Positions 11,527 to 24,500 of a stretch of DNA of 64,000 nt are shown here, piece by piece (position 1 is the first letter of the stretch; every line of letters starts with the position of its first letter). Source of the DNA: Anaeramoeba ignava BMAN (taxonomy: Eukaryota; Protista; Anaeramoebae). The DNA is taken from the NCBI GenBank assembly GCA_028826165.1, contig JAPDFW010000069.1:1-64000 (forward strand), in the 5' to 3' direction. Position numbers and translations under genes: made by a program. Below the pieces are notes generated by a model. It was not told where the DNA came from, did no database searches, and was given only the letters and a program-made list of their open reading frames with translations.

Positions 11527-11844
11527 ATGGAAAAGAATATTTTTAAAATTCCATTATGGGAATCAAATCCACCAATTACAAAAGAACAATATAAATTATT
11601 AAAATTAGATTTTTTTCAAACAGCACATATTTTTGGTGGTTCAAAAGAAATATGGAAAACAATTCAAGCTTCACTTGAAATGGAAGATAAAAATAAAGCT
11701 CAATTAATTTTAGAAGCTGCTGACATTAAAATACCACAAAATATTCTTGAATGTTATGATTCTAAAGGATATAAATATGAAATTCCACCTTATTTAATCA
11801 GTGAACCAATTAATTTAATTAAAGAGAAAAAGAAAAGAAAATGA
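11527..11844 (+). CDS. UBTD1/2 (DC-UbP)-like ubiquitin-binding domain protein, 105 aa
   Basis: WESNPPIT...DFFQTAHIFGGSKEIWKTI...AQLILEAADIKIP...ECYDSKGYKYEIPPYLISEPINL matches the UBTD N-terminal UBD pattern (W..T...EFWDT...GRKEIW..L...CYDELG..Y.LP.YC...P.NL). Start placed at AAAATG 11527. Confidence 0.8.
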   Translation: MEKNIFKIPLWESNPPITKEQYKLLKLDFFQTAHIFGGSKEIWKTIQASLEMEDKNKAQLILEAADIKIPQNILECYDSKGYKYEIPPYLISEPINLIKEKKKRK

Positions 11845-11913
11845 TTTGATTTTTTTTATTTGATCTTTATTTTGGAAAAATTAAAATTTGGAACTAAAAT
11901 CTTTTTATTCTTT

Positions 11914-13986
11914 TTATTTTCTTTTTTTGTACTCATCAATGATTTTTTGAATCGATTCAATTGATTCACCTGATGATTTTTTCAACTCTTGCAAATTTTG
12001 AGGATTTAATTTTTTCATTAAGGAAAGTATTTCATTATGAAGATCAATGATTTTTTGGTTATTCTGATCAGAGGTAATATTCTTTAAGCAGCGGCCAGCG
12101 AAAATCATATCGAAAACTCTCCAAACTAAATCAGGTTTTTTGACTTTCTTATCATCTTCCAAACCCAAAATAAACGCATCATAACTTTCTTGGTATTTTT
12201 TAGTTTGGAAAAAAAGGAACCCAAGTAAACTGTGGTTTTCTCTTAAAGAATCCCAGTTTTCAGGCTCTAATTCTTGAACGAGTTGAATTGTTTCCTTGAC
12301 ATTTTTTTCCGCAATTTGGAATTCTTGTGCAAATATTGCAATTCGGTTTGTTTGACCAAGAATTTTGAGTTTTGTCAGTTTGCGATGAGCTAATGTGCTT
12401 TCTTCATCGCCTCCACAAACACATTGATGATCTACAGTGCTTCTTTGCGAGATTTCCAGACTCGCAAGTCCTGCATCAAGTGATTTTTTGAAATTGTTTA
12501 ATCCCAATTCGCTCCAAAATATAATTTGTAGTAATTGATATGCAACTCCTTCTTTTTCTTCATCAAATTTTTCAGGCTTTTCCTCCGATTTCTTAACAGG
12601 ATTCCCATCCATTCCATATTCTATTAAGGATAATCCCTTTTTCGCACTTTCTATTGATTTTTCAAATTCTCTTAAATTTGCTTGTGATTGCGATATTTTC
12701 AAAACCGCTCTTGATTTTGCGATATTCACTTGATACAAATCAAACAATTTTTCACACATTTGAATTGATTTCTGATGCTCCTTTGCAAAATAGAAGGAAT
12801 TCGCTAATCCTTCTAGTGACACAATTTCGAAATTTCGATCTTTGATTTTTTGCGACATCTCAATAGCCTGTTCAAATTTTGGATAACTTTCGTTGAATTT
12901 TTGTAAATAAGCAAGACTTTCTCCAGTTCTTATTAAAACATCAATGTGGAGCTTTTTTATTTCATGATTAATCGAAGAATCCGGTATTTTCTGAATGGAT
13001 TCCAAACTTTTTTCCAAAAATTTCAATGACTCGTCAATTTTGCCAAAAATTCTTTGAAGCATTCCCAATTCTGAATAGAAATTCCCAAGCGAAACAAAAT
13101 CTTTGTTTTCTTCCAACAAAATAATTTTTTCATGAGAAAGTTTGATCATTTCTTCAATTTTTCCATTTAAAATGAGTGTTTTAAAATAAACATCCAAAAA
13201 ACTAAGTTTTATATTTGATGCGCTTGAAGACAATTTTTGCACAACAGGAAAGGATTCCGAAAGCATTTCCAATGTTTTGTCTTGCTGTTTCGTGGCGTTG
13301 TAGGTATTTGCCAAAATCAATTGATTTTCGATTTGAGTGATTTTTTCAGAATCATTTAAATCATTGATTTTTTTTGATGAAATGTGATTCTTCTTAAATT
13401 TCTCACAAATTTCTTGGCATTTTTTTGGATCCTTATTCAAATGTAGCGCCCTGGCAAATAGCGATAAGGACTCTTGTTTTCTGTTGATATTGTCAATTTT
13501 TTCTGATGAATCATGATAAATTTGCGCAAATTTTGAGGCTTCTTTTGGATCTTTAAGATTATAAAGATAAATTTTCGTTAATAAAGAACTTGCAATTGAA
13601 ATTTGATCATGATTTCCGTTGATTTGAGCTTGGTTCATCCCTTTTTCAAGAGAAACTACTGCTTGATGATAATCTTTATTCTGGAAAAATTCCCATCCTT
13701 TAATTATTTCTTCTTGTGCTTTTTCATTCGACATTTCGGAAAAAAATCTTGTTATGTTGTTATTTATTCCGTGAATTTGATTCCGAAATTGATTTCTATT
13801 AAAATTATTGAGTTGATTTTTTATCATTTCATTTCTTTTGTTTTTTCTGTTTAAAATGGAAATTGTTTTTTTTTCATTTTCATTTTGATTTTGATTTTTA
13901 AAGAAAAATGGTTTAATTTTAAAAATAATTGGCTTTAAAGAATTTGAAGTGAGAGTTTTTTGATTATTTTGAATTAAAGAAAGCAT
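11914..13986 (-). CDS. TPR-repeat protein with putative mitochondrion/hydrogenosome targeting presequence, 690 aa
   Basis: TPR-like helical units (LGMLQRIFGKIDESLKFLEKSL, LANSFYFAKEHQKSIQMCEK). Basic N-terminus beginning MLS and ending ...TRFFSE. Confidence 0.75.
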   Translation of the reverse strand: MLSLIQNNQKTLTSNSLKPIIFKIKPFFFKNQNQNENEKKTISILNRKNKRNEMIKNQLNNFNRNQFRNQIHGINNNITRFFSEMSNEKAQEEIIKGWEFFQNKDYHQAVVSLEKGMNQAQINGNHDQISIASSLLTKIYLYNLKDPKEASKFAQIYHDSSEKIDNINRKQESLSLFARALHLNKDPKKCQEICEKFKKNHISSKKINDLNDSEKITQIENQLILANTYNATKQQDKTLEMLSESFPVVQKLSSSASNIKLSFLDVYFKTLILNGKIEEMIKLSHEKIILLEENKDFVSLGNFYSELGMLQRIFGKIDESLKFLEKSLESIQKIPDSSINHEIKKLHIDVLIRTGESLAYLQKFNESYPKFEQAIEMSQKIKDRNFEIVSLEGLANSFYFAKEHQKSIQMCEKLFDLYQVNIAKSRAVLKISQSQANLREFEKSIESAKKGLSLIEYGMDGNPVKKSEEKPEKFDEEKEGVAYQLLQIIFWSELGLNNFKKSLDAGLASLEISQRSTVDHQCVCGGDEESTLAHRKLTKLKILGQTNRIAIFAQEFQIAEKNVKETIQLVQELEPENWDSLRENHSLLGFLFFQTKKYQESYDAFILGLEDDKKVKKPDLVWRVFDMIFAGRCLKNITSDQNNQKIIDLHNEILSLMKKLNPQNLQELKKSSGESIESIQKIIDEYKKRK

Positions 13987-14093
13987 TTTTATCTTTTGAT
14001 TTTTTATTATAAAAAAAAAATGAAAAAAATGAAAATGAAAAAAAAAATTTTTTTTTAAAAAATGATTTGGAAAAAGAAAAAAAAAATTTCAAT

Positions 14094-15558
14094 TTAATTT
14101 AATCCTTCTTTTCCATAAACAAAAACCTCCAAGTATTTGATCTCCCATTTATTATAAGAACCAGCGAAATATTCAATAGAATCTTGAGTATCGAATTCAA
14201 TTCCATCAGGAAGTTCATAAGATCTTCCAAAATCTGTTCTTCCTCCTTTCAAATTAGGGTTGATCAAAAGGTCTCTTCCATAACCAAAAGCAGGACCAGA
14301 TTTGTCCACATAGCGAATTGCATGCGCAACTTCTTCTTTTTTTATTCCGAATTTCTTCATTCCTTGATTGGATGGATTTTCAAGTGTAAAAAGAAATGCT
14401 TTTTCATCTTTAATAAAATTATTTCCCATATTGTTTTTCCACCCTACTTGAGTAAACCCGCCGAATATAAAATTCTCCGTCGTTTGTATCAGCACCAATG
14501 TCTTGCCCTGATTGTCGCATTTTTTATGGAAAATACTGCAATCAAATCCATCTCGAGTTACTGAAAAAGCAAGTTTCATTTTTTGAAAAAATCGGAGATC
14601 ATTCACCCATTCCTTAATTTGTCCTATATACCCGTAGTTGCTTGGAATGATGTTTGATTTCATCACTTGAGGGTTTGTTCTTGGGTGAAATATCATGTTG
14701 TGATCTCCGTATTTGACCTGCAATTTCTTCAATTTTGACATTTTGGATTTTGTTGGAACTGCTTGAAATGATAGCAAGTCAAGAACTGTCTTGTCTGGAA
14801 GAACGTCAAGATCCTGGATCTCAGCAATTCCTGTTGGAGAGATATCACAGAATCTGATTTTGTTGAGGACATCTGATATGTCGTGATCTGGTTGATTTTC
14901 TAATTGATTTTTTTCCAATTCATTTTTTTCCAATTCGATTTTCCAATTGATTTTTTCTTTTTTTACTCCAATTCAAAACGGAGTTAAAAATATCCATTTC
15001 GTTTTTGATGCACAACCGATTATTCTCTAAAATATCAAGCAAAATGTCTTCAGACAATGTTTCAAAAGAGCTACTTCTCAAGATATAAATGATATTATCC
15101 TCAATAAAACTCATGCATTGTTGATATAATTGCTGCCAATTGTGTTTTTTAGCAATAATAACAATTTCAATTACATTTTCAATATTAATACTTTCTTTGA
15201 TAAATTTTTCCACAAAATTTGCCACTTCTTCAATATATATTTTTCTTGATGCAAATAAAATATCAATTGCATTTTCTAAATTTATCTCAATATTTCCTGT
15301 GTATATATATTTCAATATTGATTTCATTGAAGATGTTGAAATGCCGTCAAATTTTATTTTGTTTTTCTTGTTTTTTTTAAACCAATCAAAAAAATAATCA
15401 CTTCGAAATTTTAATATGTTTTTATGACATTTGAATTTGTTTGAAGGTTCAGAATCGCATTCAATAATAAAATCAGAAAAATTATCTTCAGAATCAAGAA
15501 GTGTTTGATAATCTTGAGAAAGAAGTTTTAAATGAGTAAATTTTTGTGATTTTGACAT
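14094..15558 (-). CDS. BTB-BACK-TLDc protein (split by one frameshift at ~14936)
   Basis: ORF 14920..15558 has BTB (SDFII..FKCHKNILKFRSDYF..YIYTG) and BACK. ORF 14094..14933 has TLDc (RDGF..FHKKCDNQGKTL..FIFGGFT..GPAFG..LEVF). The two overlap out of frame. Confidence 0.85.
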
Positions 15559-15819
15559 GATTTTAAAATGAAAAAAAAAAAATGAAAAAATAAAAATTAA
15601 AAAAATTTGAAAAATATTTTTTCATTTTTTTGTTGTTGGTTTTTTTGGATTTTTTTTAATAGTTTTTTTCCACTTGAAAAAGATAACCAAAATAATACCA
15701 AAAAGAAAAAATCAAAACAAGCAAGGATTTATCCCCTTCTTAATTTCAAAACAATAAAAAAAAAAGTATTAAGAAGGTACAAAAAATGCGATATTTTTAA
15801 AACCAAATTTAAAAAGAAA

Positions 15820-18800
15820 TTTAATAATAATTTTAATAATAATTTTAATAATAAATATAATAATAATTTTAATAATAATTTTATAATAATTTTAATAATA
15901 AATTTAATAATAATTTTATTAATAATTTTAATAATAAATTTAATAATAAATTTAATAATAAATTTAATAATAATTTTAATAATAATTTAATAATAAATTT
16001 AATAAATAATTTAATAATAATTTTAATAATAAATTTAATAATAATTTTAATAATAAATTTAATAATAATTTAATAATAATTTTAATAATAATTTTAATAA
16101 TTTTAATAATAATTTTAATAATAATTTTAATAATAAATTTAATAATAAATTTAATAATAAATTTAATAATAATTTAATAATAATTTTAATAATAATTTTA
16201 TTTTAATAATAATTTTAATAATAATTTTAATAATAAATTTAATAATCAATTTAATAATAAATTTAATAATAAATTTAATAATAAATTTTAATAATAAATT
16301 TAATAATAAATTTAATAATAATTTTAATAATAATTTAATAATAATTTTAATAATAATTTTAATAATAAAATTTTAATAATCAATTTAATAATAAATTTAA
16401 TAATAAATTTAATAATCAATTTAATAATAAATTTAATAATAATTTTAATAACAATTTAATAATAAATTTAATAATAAATATAATAATAATTTTAATAACA
16501 ATTTAATAATAAATTTAATAATAAATATAATAATAAATTTAATAATCAATTTAATAATAATTTTAATAATAAATTTAATAATAATTTTAATAATAAATTT
16601 AATAATAAATTTAATAATAAATTTAATAATAAATTTAATAATAAATTTATAATAATTTTTAATAATAATTTTAATAATAATTTTAATAATCAATTTAATA
16701 ATAAATTTAATAATAAATTTAATAATAAATTTTATAATAATTTTAATAATAATTTTAATAATAAATTTAATAATAAATTTAATAATAAATTTAATAATAA
16801 ATTTAATAATAATTTTTAATAATAATTTTAATAATAAATTTAATAATCATTTTAATAATAAATTTAATAATAAATTTAATAATAAATTTAATAATAAATT
16901 TAATAATAATTTTAATAATAATTTTTAATAATAATTTTAATAATAAATTTTAATAATAAATTTAATAATAATTTTAATAATAAATTTTAATAATAAATTT
17001 AATAATAAATTTAATAATAAATTTAATAATCAATTTAATAATAAATTTAATAATAATTTTAATAATAATTTTAATAATAAATTTTAATAATAATTTTTAA
17101 TAATAAATTTTAATAATAAATTTAATAATAAATTTAATAATAAATTTAATAATAATTTTAATAATAATTTTAATAATAAATTTAATAATAATTTTAATAA
17201 TAAATTTAATAATAAATTTAATAATAAATTTAATAATAAATTTAATAATAAATTTAATAATAATTTTAATAATAATTTTAATAATAATTTTAATAATAAA
17301 TTTAATAATAAATTTAATAATAAATTTAATAATAATTTTTTAATAATAATTTTAATAATAATTTTAATAATTTTAATAATTTAATAAATTTAATAATAAT
17401 TTTAATAATAAATTAAATAATAAATTTTAATAATAATTTTAATAATAATTTTAATAATAAATTTAATAATAATTTTTTAATAACTTCTCTAATTTTAATA
17501 ATAATTTTAATAATAATTTTAATAATAATTTTTAATAATAAATTTAATAATAATTTTAATAATAATTTTAATAATAATTTTAATAATAAATTTAATAATT
17601 TTAATAATCATTTAATAATAAATTTAATAATAAATTTAATAATAATTTTAATAATAAATTTAATAATAAATTTAATAATAAATTTAATAATAAATTTAAT
17701 AATTTTAATAATCAATTTTAATAATAATTTTAATAATAAATTTAATAATCAATTTATTAATAAATTTAATAATAATTTTTAATAATAATTTTAATAATAA
17801 ATTTTAATAAATTTAATAATAAATTTTAATAATAAATTTAATAATAAATTTAATAATAATTTTAATAATAAATTTAATAATAATTTTAATAATAAATTTA
17901 ATAATAATTTTAATAATAAATTTAATAATAAATTTAATAATCAATTTAATAATAATTTTAATAATCAATTTATAATAAATTTAATAATCAATTTAATAAT
18001 AATTTTAATAATAAATTTAATAATAAATTTAATAATAAATTTAATAATAATTTTAATAATAAATTTTAATAATAATTTTAATAATAAATTTAATAATAAT
18101 TTAATTTAATTTTAATAATAATTTTAATAATAATTTTAATAATAATTTTAATAATAATTTTAATAATAAATTTAATAATAAATTTAATAATAAATTTAAT
18201 AATAATTTAATAATAATTTTAATAATAATTTTAATAATAATTTTAATAATAATTTTTAATAAATTTAATAATCAATTTAATAATAAATTTAATAATAAAT
18301 TTAATAATAATTTTAATAATAAATTTAATAATAAATTTAATAATAATTTTAATAATAATTTAATAATAATTTTAATAATAATTTTAATAATAATTTTAAT
18401 AATCAATTTAATAATAAATTTAATAATAAATTTAATAATCAATTTAATAATAAATTTAATAATAATTTTAATAACAATTTAATAATAAATTTAATAATAA
18501 ATATAATAATAATTTTAATAACAATTTAATAATAAATTTAATAATAAATATAATAATAAATTTAATAATAAATTTAATAATAATTTTAATAATAAATTTA
18601 ATAATAATTTTAATAATAATTTTAATAATAAATTTAATAAATAATTTAATAATAAATTTAATAATAAATTTAATAATAAATTTAATAATAATTTTAATAA
18701 TAATTTTAATAAATAATTTAATAATAATTTTAATAATAAATTTAATAATAATTTTAATAATCATTTTAATAATAATTTTAATAATAAATTTAATAATAAT
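15820..18800. repeat. ~3-kb (AATAATAAATTT/AATAATAATTTT)n 12-mer satellite
   Basis: Direct tandem 12-mers, almost pure A/T, intergenic. Confidence 0.95.
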
Positions 18801-18837
18801 TTTGAATGAAATTTTGAATTAAATTTTGAATTAAATT

Positions 18838-21362
18838 TTATTTAAAGTTCTTTCTCATTTGATTTAATTTTAATTTTGTTTCTGTTTCTATTTCTGTTTC
18901 TGTATCTGAATCAATTTCTAAATCAGTTTTTGAATATAAATCTTCAACTCCAAATAAAAAATCATGTTCTTTAACCCAAACTTCATATCTATCTTTTCGA
19001 ATTCTTTCATTCATTGATTCTTCTGCATATTTTGTTTTTCTCCATCTTTCTTCTCCAATTTTTTTTGCATCTTCTATATCATCTGCTATTAATATACTTT
19101 TATATATTGTTCCTGGTTCTACTTGCCATATATCAATTGCAACAAATTCAAGGTTTTTTTGAATATAAACTTCTGGATCCCATTTATAATTTTGATTTTG
19201 TTCATATTTCTATATTTTTATCAAATTTGAATTTGATTTTAATTTTAATTTTAATTTTAATTTTAATTTTGATTTTAATTTTAATTTTAATTTTGATATT
19301 GATTTTGATTTTGTTTTTAATTTTGATTTTGATTTTAATTTTGATTTTAAATTTGATTTTGAATTTAATTTTAATTTTGATTTTGATTTTGATTTTGATT
19401 TTAATTTTGATTTTAATTTTGATTTTAATTTTGATTTTGATTTTGATTTTAATTTTAATTTTAATTTTAATTTTAATTTTGATATTGATTTTAAATTTGA
19501 TTTTGATTTTAATTTTGATATTGATATTGATTTTGATTTAAATTTTGATTTTGATTTTGATTTTTTTACTCTTGTTTTTGGATTATAAATTTGTTTTGGT
19601 TCTATAAAATCAAAATCTTCATATAAAGAACCTTGATATGTTTTAACTAAATCAATCCATACCTGAAATATAAAAATTTCAATTAACTTTAAAAGAGAAA
19701 TATTTTTTTTTATAAAATTAAATCAATTTAAAATACTTCATATCTATTATTTGGTTTTAAAACTAAAGTATAAACATGAGTTAATTGATTTTGAAGAAAA
19801 GGTTTTATTTTTTTCCAAGCAAGAATTTTTCCATTATAATTAAATGTTATTAAAATTTTTGGATCTCCTTCACAAATATCTGGACCAAAAATTAATCTAA
19901 TTTGAAATAAATTTGAAATAAATAAATTTGAAATAAATTTGAAATAAATTTGAAATAAATAAATTTGAAATAAATAAATTTGAAATAAATTGATTTGGAA
20001 TAAATAAATTTGGAATAGATTTGGAATAAATAAATTTGAAATAAATTGATTTGAAATAAATTGATTTGAAATAAATTTGGAATTGATTTGAAATAAATTG
20101 ATTTTAAATGTTTTGAAATAAATTTGAAATAAATTGATTTGAAATAAATAAATTTGAAATAAATTTGAAATAAATTTGAAATAAATTTGAAATAAATTTG
20201 AAATAAATTTGAAATAAATTTGAAATAAATAAATTTGAAATAAATTTGGAATTGATTTGAAATAAATTGATTTGAAATAAATTGATTTGAAATAAATTTG
20301 AAATAAATTGATTTGGAATAAATAAATTTGAAATAAATTTGGAATAAATAAATAAATTTGAAATAAATTTGAAATAAATTTGAAATAAATAAATTTGAAA
20401 TAAATTGATTTGAAATAAATTTGAAATAAATTGATTTGAAATAAATTTGAAATAAATTTGAAATAAATAAATTGTTTTGAAATAAATTTGAAATAAATTT
20501 GAAATAAATTTGAAATAAATTGATTTGAAATAAATTTGAAATAAATTTGAAATAAATTGATTTGGAATAAATTTGAAATAAATTTGAAATAAATTGATTT
20601 GAAATAAATTTGAAATAAATTTGAAATAAATTTGAAATAAATTGTTTTGAAATAAATTGTTTTGAAATAAATTGTTTTGAAATAAATTGATTTGAAATAA
20701 ATAAATTTGAAATAAATAAATTGTTTTGAAATAAATTTGAAATAAATTTGAAATAAATTTGAAATAAATTTGAAATAAATTTGAAATAAATTTGGAATAA
20801 ATAAATTTGAAATAAATTTGAAATAAATTGATTTGAAGTAAATTTGAAATAAATTTGGAATTGATTTGAAATAAATTTGGAATTGATTTGAAATAAATAA
20901 ATTTGAAATAAATTTGAAATTGATTTGAAATAAATCATTTTCGATTGAGTTGAATTCAATTTACGAATATTTATCAAGAGTTTTTTGATTAGTTCCTTTC
21001 GGCAAAATTTTAATATAACCACCTCCACAATTAGAAAAATCAGAAATTTGAATAATTAATTGAATAACAAGTGTAGTGTTTTTTGTAGATTCAATTATTT
21101 CTGGAAATTTTGCACTAATTTGATAAAAATGTTCTTTATCAATTGTTTTGATTCCTTTATCTTTTTCAGGATCTCCAAACCAATCACCTGCAGAACGAAT
21201 CCATCTGCCTAAATTTGTCTTATTACTTGAAATCCATCTTTCTTTCCAAGTTTTATCAAATTCTTCTTCAAAATAAATTTTTGAAAATGAAGGAAATAAT
21301 AAAATTAAAATTAAAATCAAATTTAAAATTGAAAAGAAATTGAAAGAATTAAAGTTATTCAT
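18838..21362 (-). CDS. Calreticulin-family ER lectin lacking the P-domain; 4 exons (21362-20965, 19896-19737, 19662-19570, 19209-18838)
   Basis: Signal peptide; KIYFEEEF..W..RW, CGGGYIK, YSLIFGPDIC, THVYTLVLKPNNRYEVWID, GSLYEDFDF, DIWQVEPGTIY; acidic tail. GT-AG introns keep the frame. A neighbouring frame ends NEKEL* (stop at 18842), which suggests a late 1-nt error. Confidence 0.85.
19897..20964. repeat. (TTTGAAATAAA)n ~11-mer satellite filling calreticulin intron 1
   Basis: Tandem repeats between the GT donor at 20964 and the AG acceptor at 19897. Confidence 0.9.
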
Positions 21363-21567
21363 TTAAAAAATAAATTGAAAATAAATTGAAAAAAATGAAA
21401 ATAAATTGAAAAAAATGAAAAAAATGAAAATTAATTATTTTTTAGAAATTTTTTTTTTGCAAGATTAAAAGAAAGAAAGAAAGAAAGAATTAATTTGAAA
21501 ATGAATAAATTTTTTGGATTTAATAAAATTAGAATGAAAAAATTCAAGATAATATTTTTAATTCTAA

Positions 21568-24500
21568 TTATTTTTCTTTTATAATTTGTTTTATATCATC
21601 TTTTATATCATCTTTTATATAATCTTTTTTATCATTAATTTGTTGTTTATCATTAATTTGTTGTTTATCATTAATTTGTTGTTTATCATCTTTTTTATCA
21701 TTAATTTGTTGTTTATCATTAATTTGTTGTTTATCATTAATTTGTTGTTTATCATCAATTTGTTTATCATTAATTTGTTTTTTATCAATAATTTGTTGTT
21801 TATCATTAATTTGTTTTTTATCATTAATTTGTTTTTTATCATCAATTTGTTGTTTATCATTAATTTGTTGTTTATCATTAATTTGTTGTTTATCATTAAT
21901 TTGTTGTTTATCATTAATTTGTTGTTTATCATTAATTTGTTGTTTATCATTAATTTGTTTTTTATCATTAATTTGTTGTTTATCATCAATTTGTTGTTTA
22001 TCATTAATTTCTTTTTTATCATCTTTTTTATCATTAATTTGTTTTTTATCATTAATTTGTTGTTTATCATTAATTTGTTGTTTATCAATAATTTGTTTAT
22101 CATTAATTTCTTTTTTATCAATAATTTGTTGTTTATCATTAATTTCTTTTTTATCATTAATTTGTTGTTTATCATTAATTTGTTGTTTATCATTAATTTG
22201 TTGTTTATCATCTTTTTTATCAATAATTTGTTGTTTATCATTAATTTGTTGTTTATCATTAATTTGTTGTTTATCAATAATTTGTTGTTTATCATTAATT
22301 TGTTGTTTATCATTAATTTGTTGTTTATCATTAATTTGTTGTTTATCATTAATTTGTTGTTTATCATTAATTTGTTGTTTATCATTAATTTGTTGTTTAT
22401 CATTAATTTGTTGTTTATCATTAATTTGTTGTTTATCATTAATTTGTTGTTTATCTTTAATTTGTTGTTTATCATTAATTTGTTTTTTATCATTAATTTG
22501 TTGTTTATCATTAATTTGTTGTTTATCTTCTTTTATAAGTTCTTGTTTGTAATACTTTGTTATAATTATATCCTTTTTTTCATCTTTTTCTTCAATAATT
22601 TCTTCATTATCCTCTTTTTTTAGAATAAACTCTATTTTTTCATCTTGTTCTTCAATAATTTCTTCAGTATCATCTTTTTTTATAACAAACCTATTCTTCT
22701 GTTTTTTCAGAAGAAATTTATTCTTTTCTATTTTTTGCTTTTCATCATCATTTTGAATAACTTCCAATTTTTTTTGTTCAGAACTTTCACTTGCATCAAC
22801 AGGATATTCAAGAACAGGAACATTTGATTGAAACCTTTCCAAATTTGCTTCAGTATGCAAGACCTTCTGAGTGATTGTATCATTCCAATGGAGAATACAG
22901 GAAAGACCAACAAACCAATCAGAAATAGCATCAGTTTTATTAACAGATAAAAAAGGATAAAAATTTGTTCTAATATCAACATAGTCTCCTTGATTGAGCT
23001 TGATACCTTGTCTCCCATCAATTGAAGTATAAGCCGCGCCGCGACTATTTTGAGGGAGCTTAATAGTGATCGTTGCGTTTTCAGGGAAAATCAACGGACG
23101 GTTTGATAAAGTATGTGGGCAAATGGGTGTGAACAAGATGCCAGGAACAGTTGGATGAACCATACTTCCCCCAGCAGATAGAGAGTATGCTGTCGACCCT
23201 GTTGGTGTTGATATTATAATTCCATCCCCTTGAACTGTTGTGAAACATCTGTTGTCGCAATAGCATTCTAGGTTCGCTAGAAATGGTTCTGGTCCTCGAT
23301 CTACTACAATCTCGTTTAATGCCTCATATTCTTTGTATTTGTTCTTTTTTTTTGAATATGCTCGGCATGATAATCTTGCTCGAAGTGTGATGTAAAATTC
23401 TCCATGTGTTACTGATTGTAGATAATTCCGAAAATGTTTGATATCTTTTTTTAAATTTAATTTTAAATTTAATTTTGATTTTAAAATGAATTTTAATTTT
23501 AATTTTAATTTTAATTTTAATTTTAATTTTAATTTTAATTTTAATTTTAATTTTAATTTTAATTTTAATTTTAATTTTAATTTTAATTTTAATTTTAATT
23601 TTAATTTTAATTTTAATTTTATAAATGAATTTTAATTTTAATTTTAATTTTAATTTTAATTTTAATTTTAATTTTAATTTTAATTTTAATTTTAATTTTA
23701 ATTTTAATTTTAATTTTAATTTTAATTTTAATTTTAATTTTAATTTTAATTTTAATTTTAATTTTAATTTTAATTTTAATTTTAATTTTAATTTTAATTT
23801 TAATTTTAAATTTTTAATTTTAATTTTAATTTTAATTTTAATTTAATACCAAATTTGCTAAAATTTTAAATTTAATTTTAATTTTAATTTTAATTTTGAT
23901 ATAAAATTTTAATTTTAAAATTGTTTAAATTTTTAATTTTAATTTTAATTTTAATTTTTTAATTTTAATTTTAATTTAATTTTATAAATGAATTTTAATT
24001 TTTAATTTTATTTCAATATAATTTTAATTTTAATTTTAATTTTAATTTTAATTTTAATTTTAATTTTAATTTTAATTTTAATTTTAATTTTAATTTTAAT
24101 TTTAATTTTAATTTTAATTTTAATTTTAATTTTAATTTTAATTTTAATTTTAATTTTAATTTTAATTTTGATTTTAAATTTTAAATTTTAATTTTAATAT
24201 TAATATTAATTTTATACCAAATTCTGCTAAAAATCCTAATGTTCCAAGATTAAATGCAATAACTGGTGGAACTAATTGATGATAAAATAAAGAAGAAACA
24301 TGTAAAATTGTTCCATCTCCACCAAGACAAACAACTAAATCAACAATCTTATTCAAGTTTTTTGCATCCTCTTTTTAAATTGATTAATAAATTGATTAAT
24401 AAATTGATTATTTAATAAATTGATTATTTAATAAATTGATTTTTTAATAAATTGATTTTTTAATAAATTGATTAAATTACTTTCTTTATATGCAGGAATA

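Noticed and set aside
19892-21028. 378-aa FISNLFQIYFK-repeat ORF
   Set aside because: It is the 11-mer satellite in calreticulin intron 1, which happens to lack stops on that strand
23845-23865. 20-nt echo of the NADK exon 4 donor junction (ATACCAAATT.TGCTAAAA) inside the following intron
   Set aside because: Too short and embedded in a noisy repeat. Probably a consensus artefact or small local duplication.
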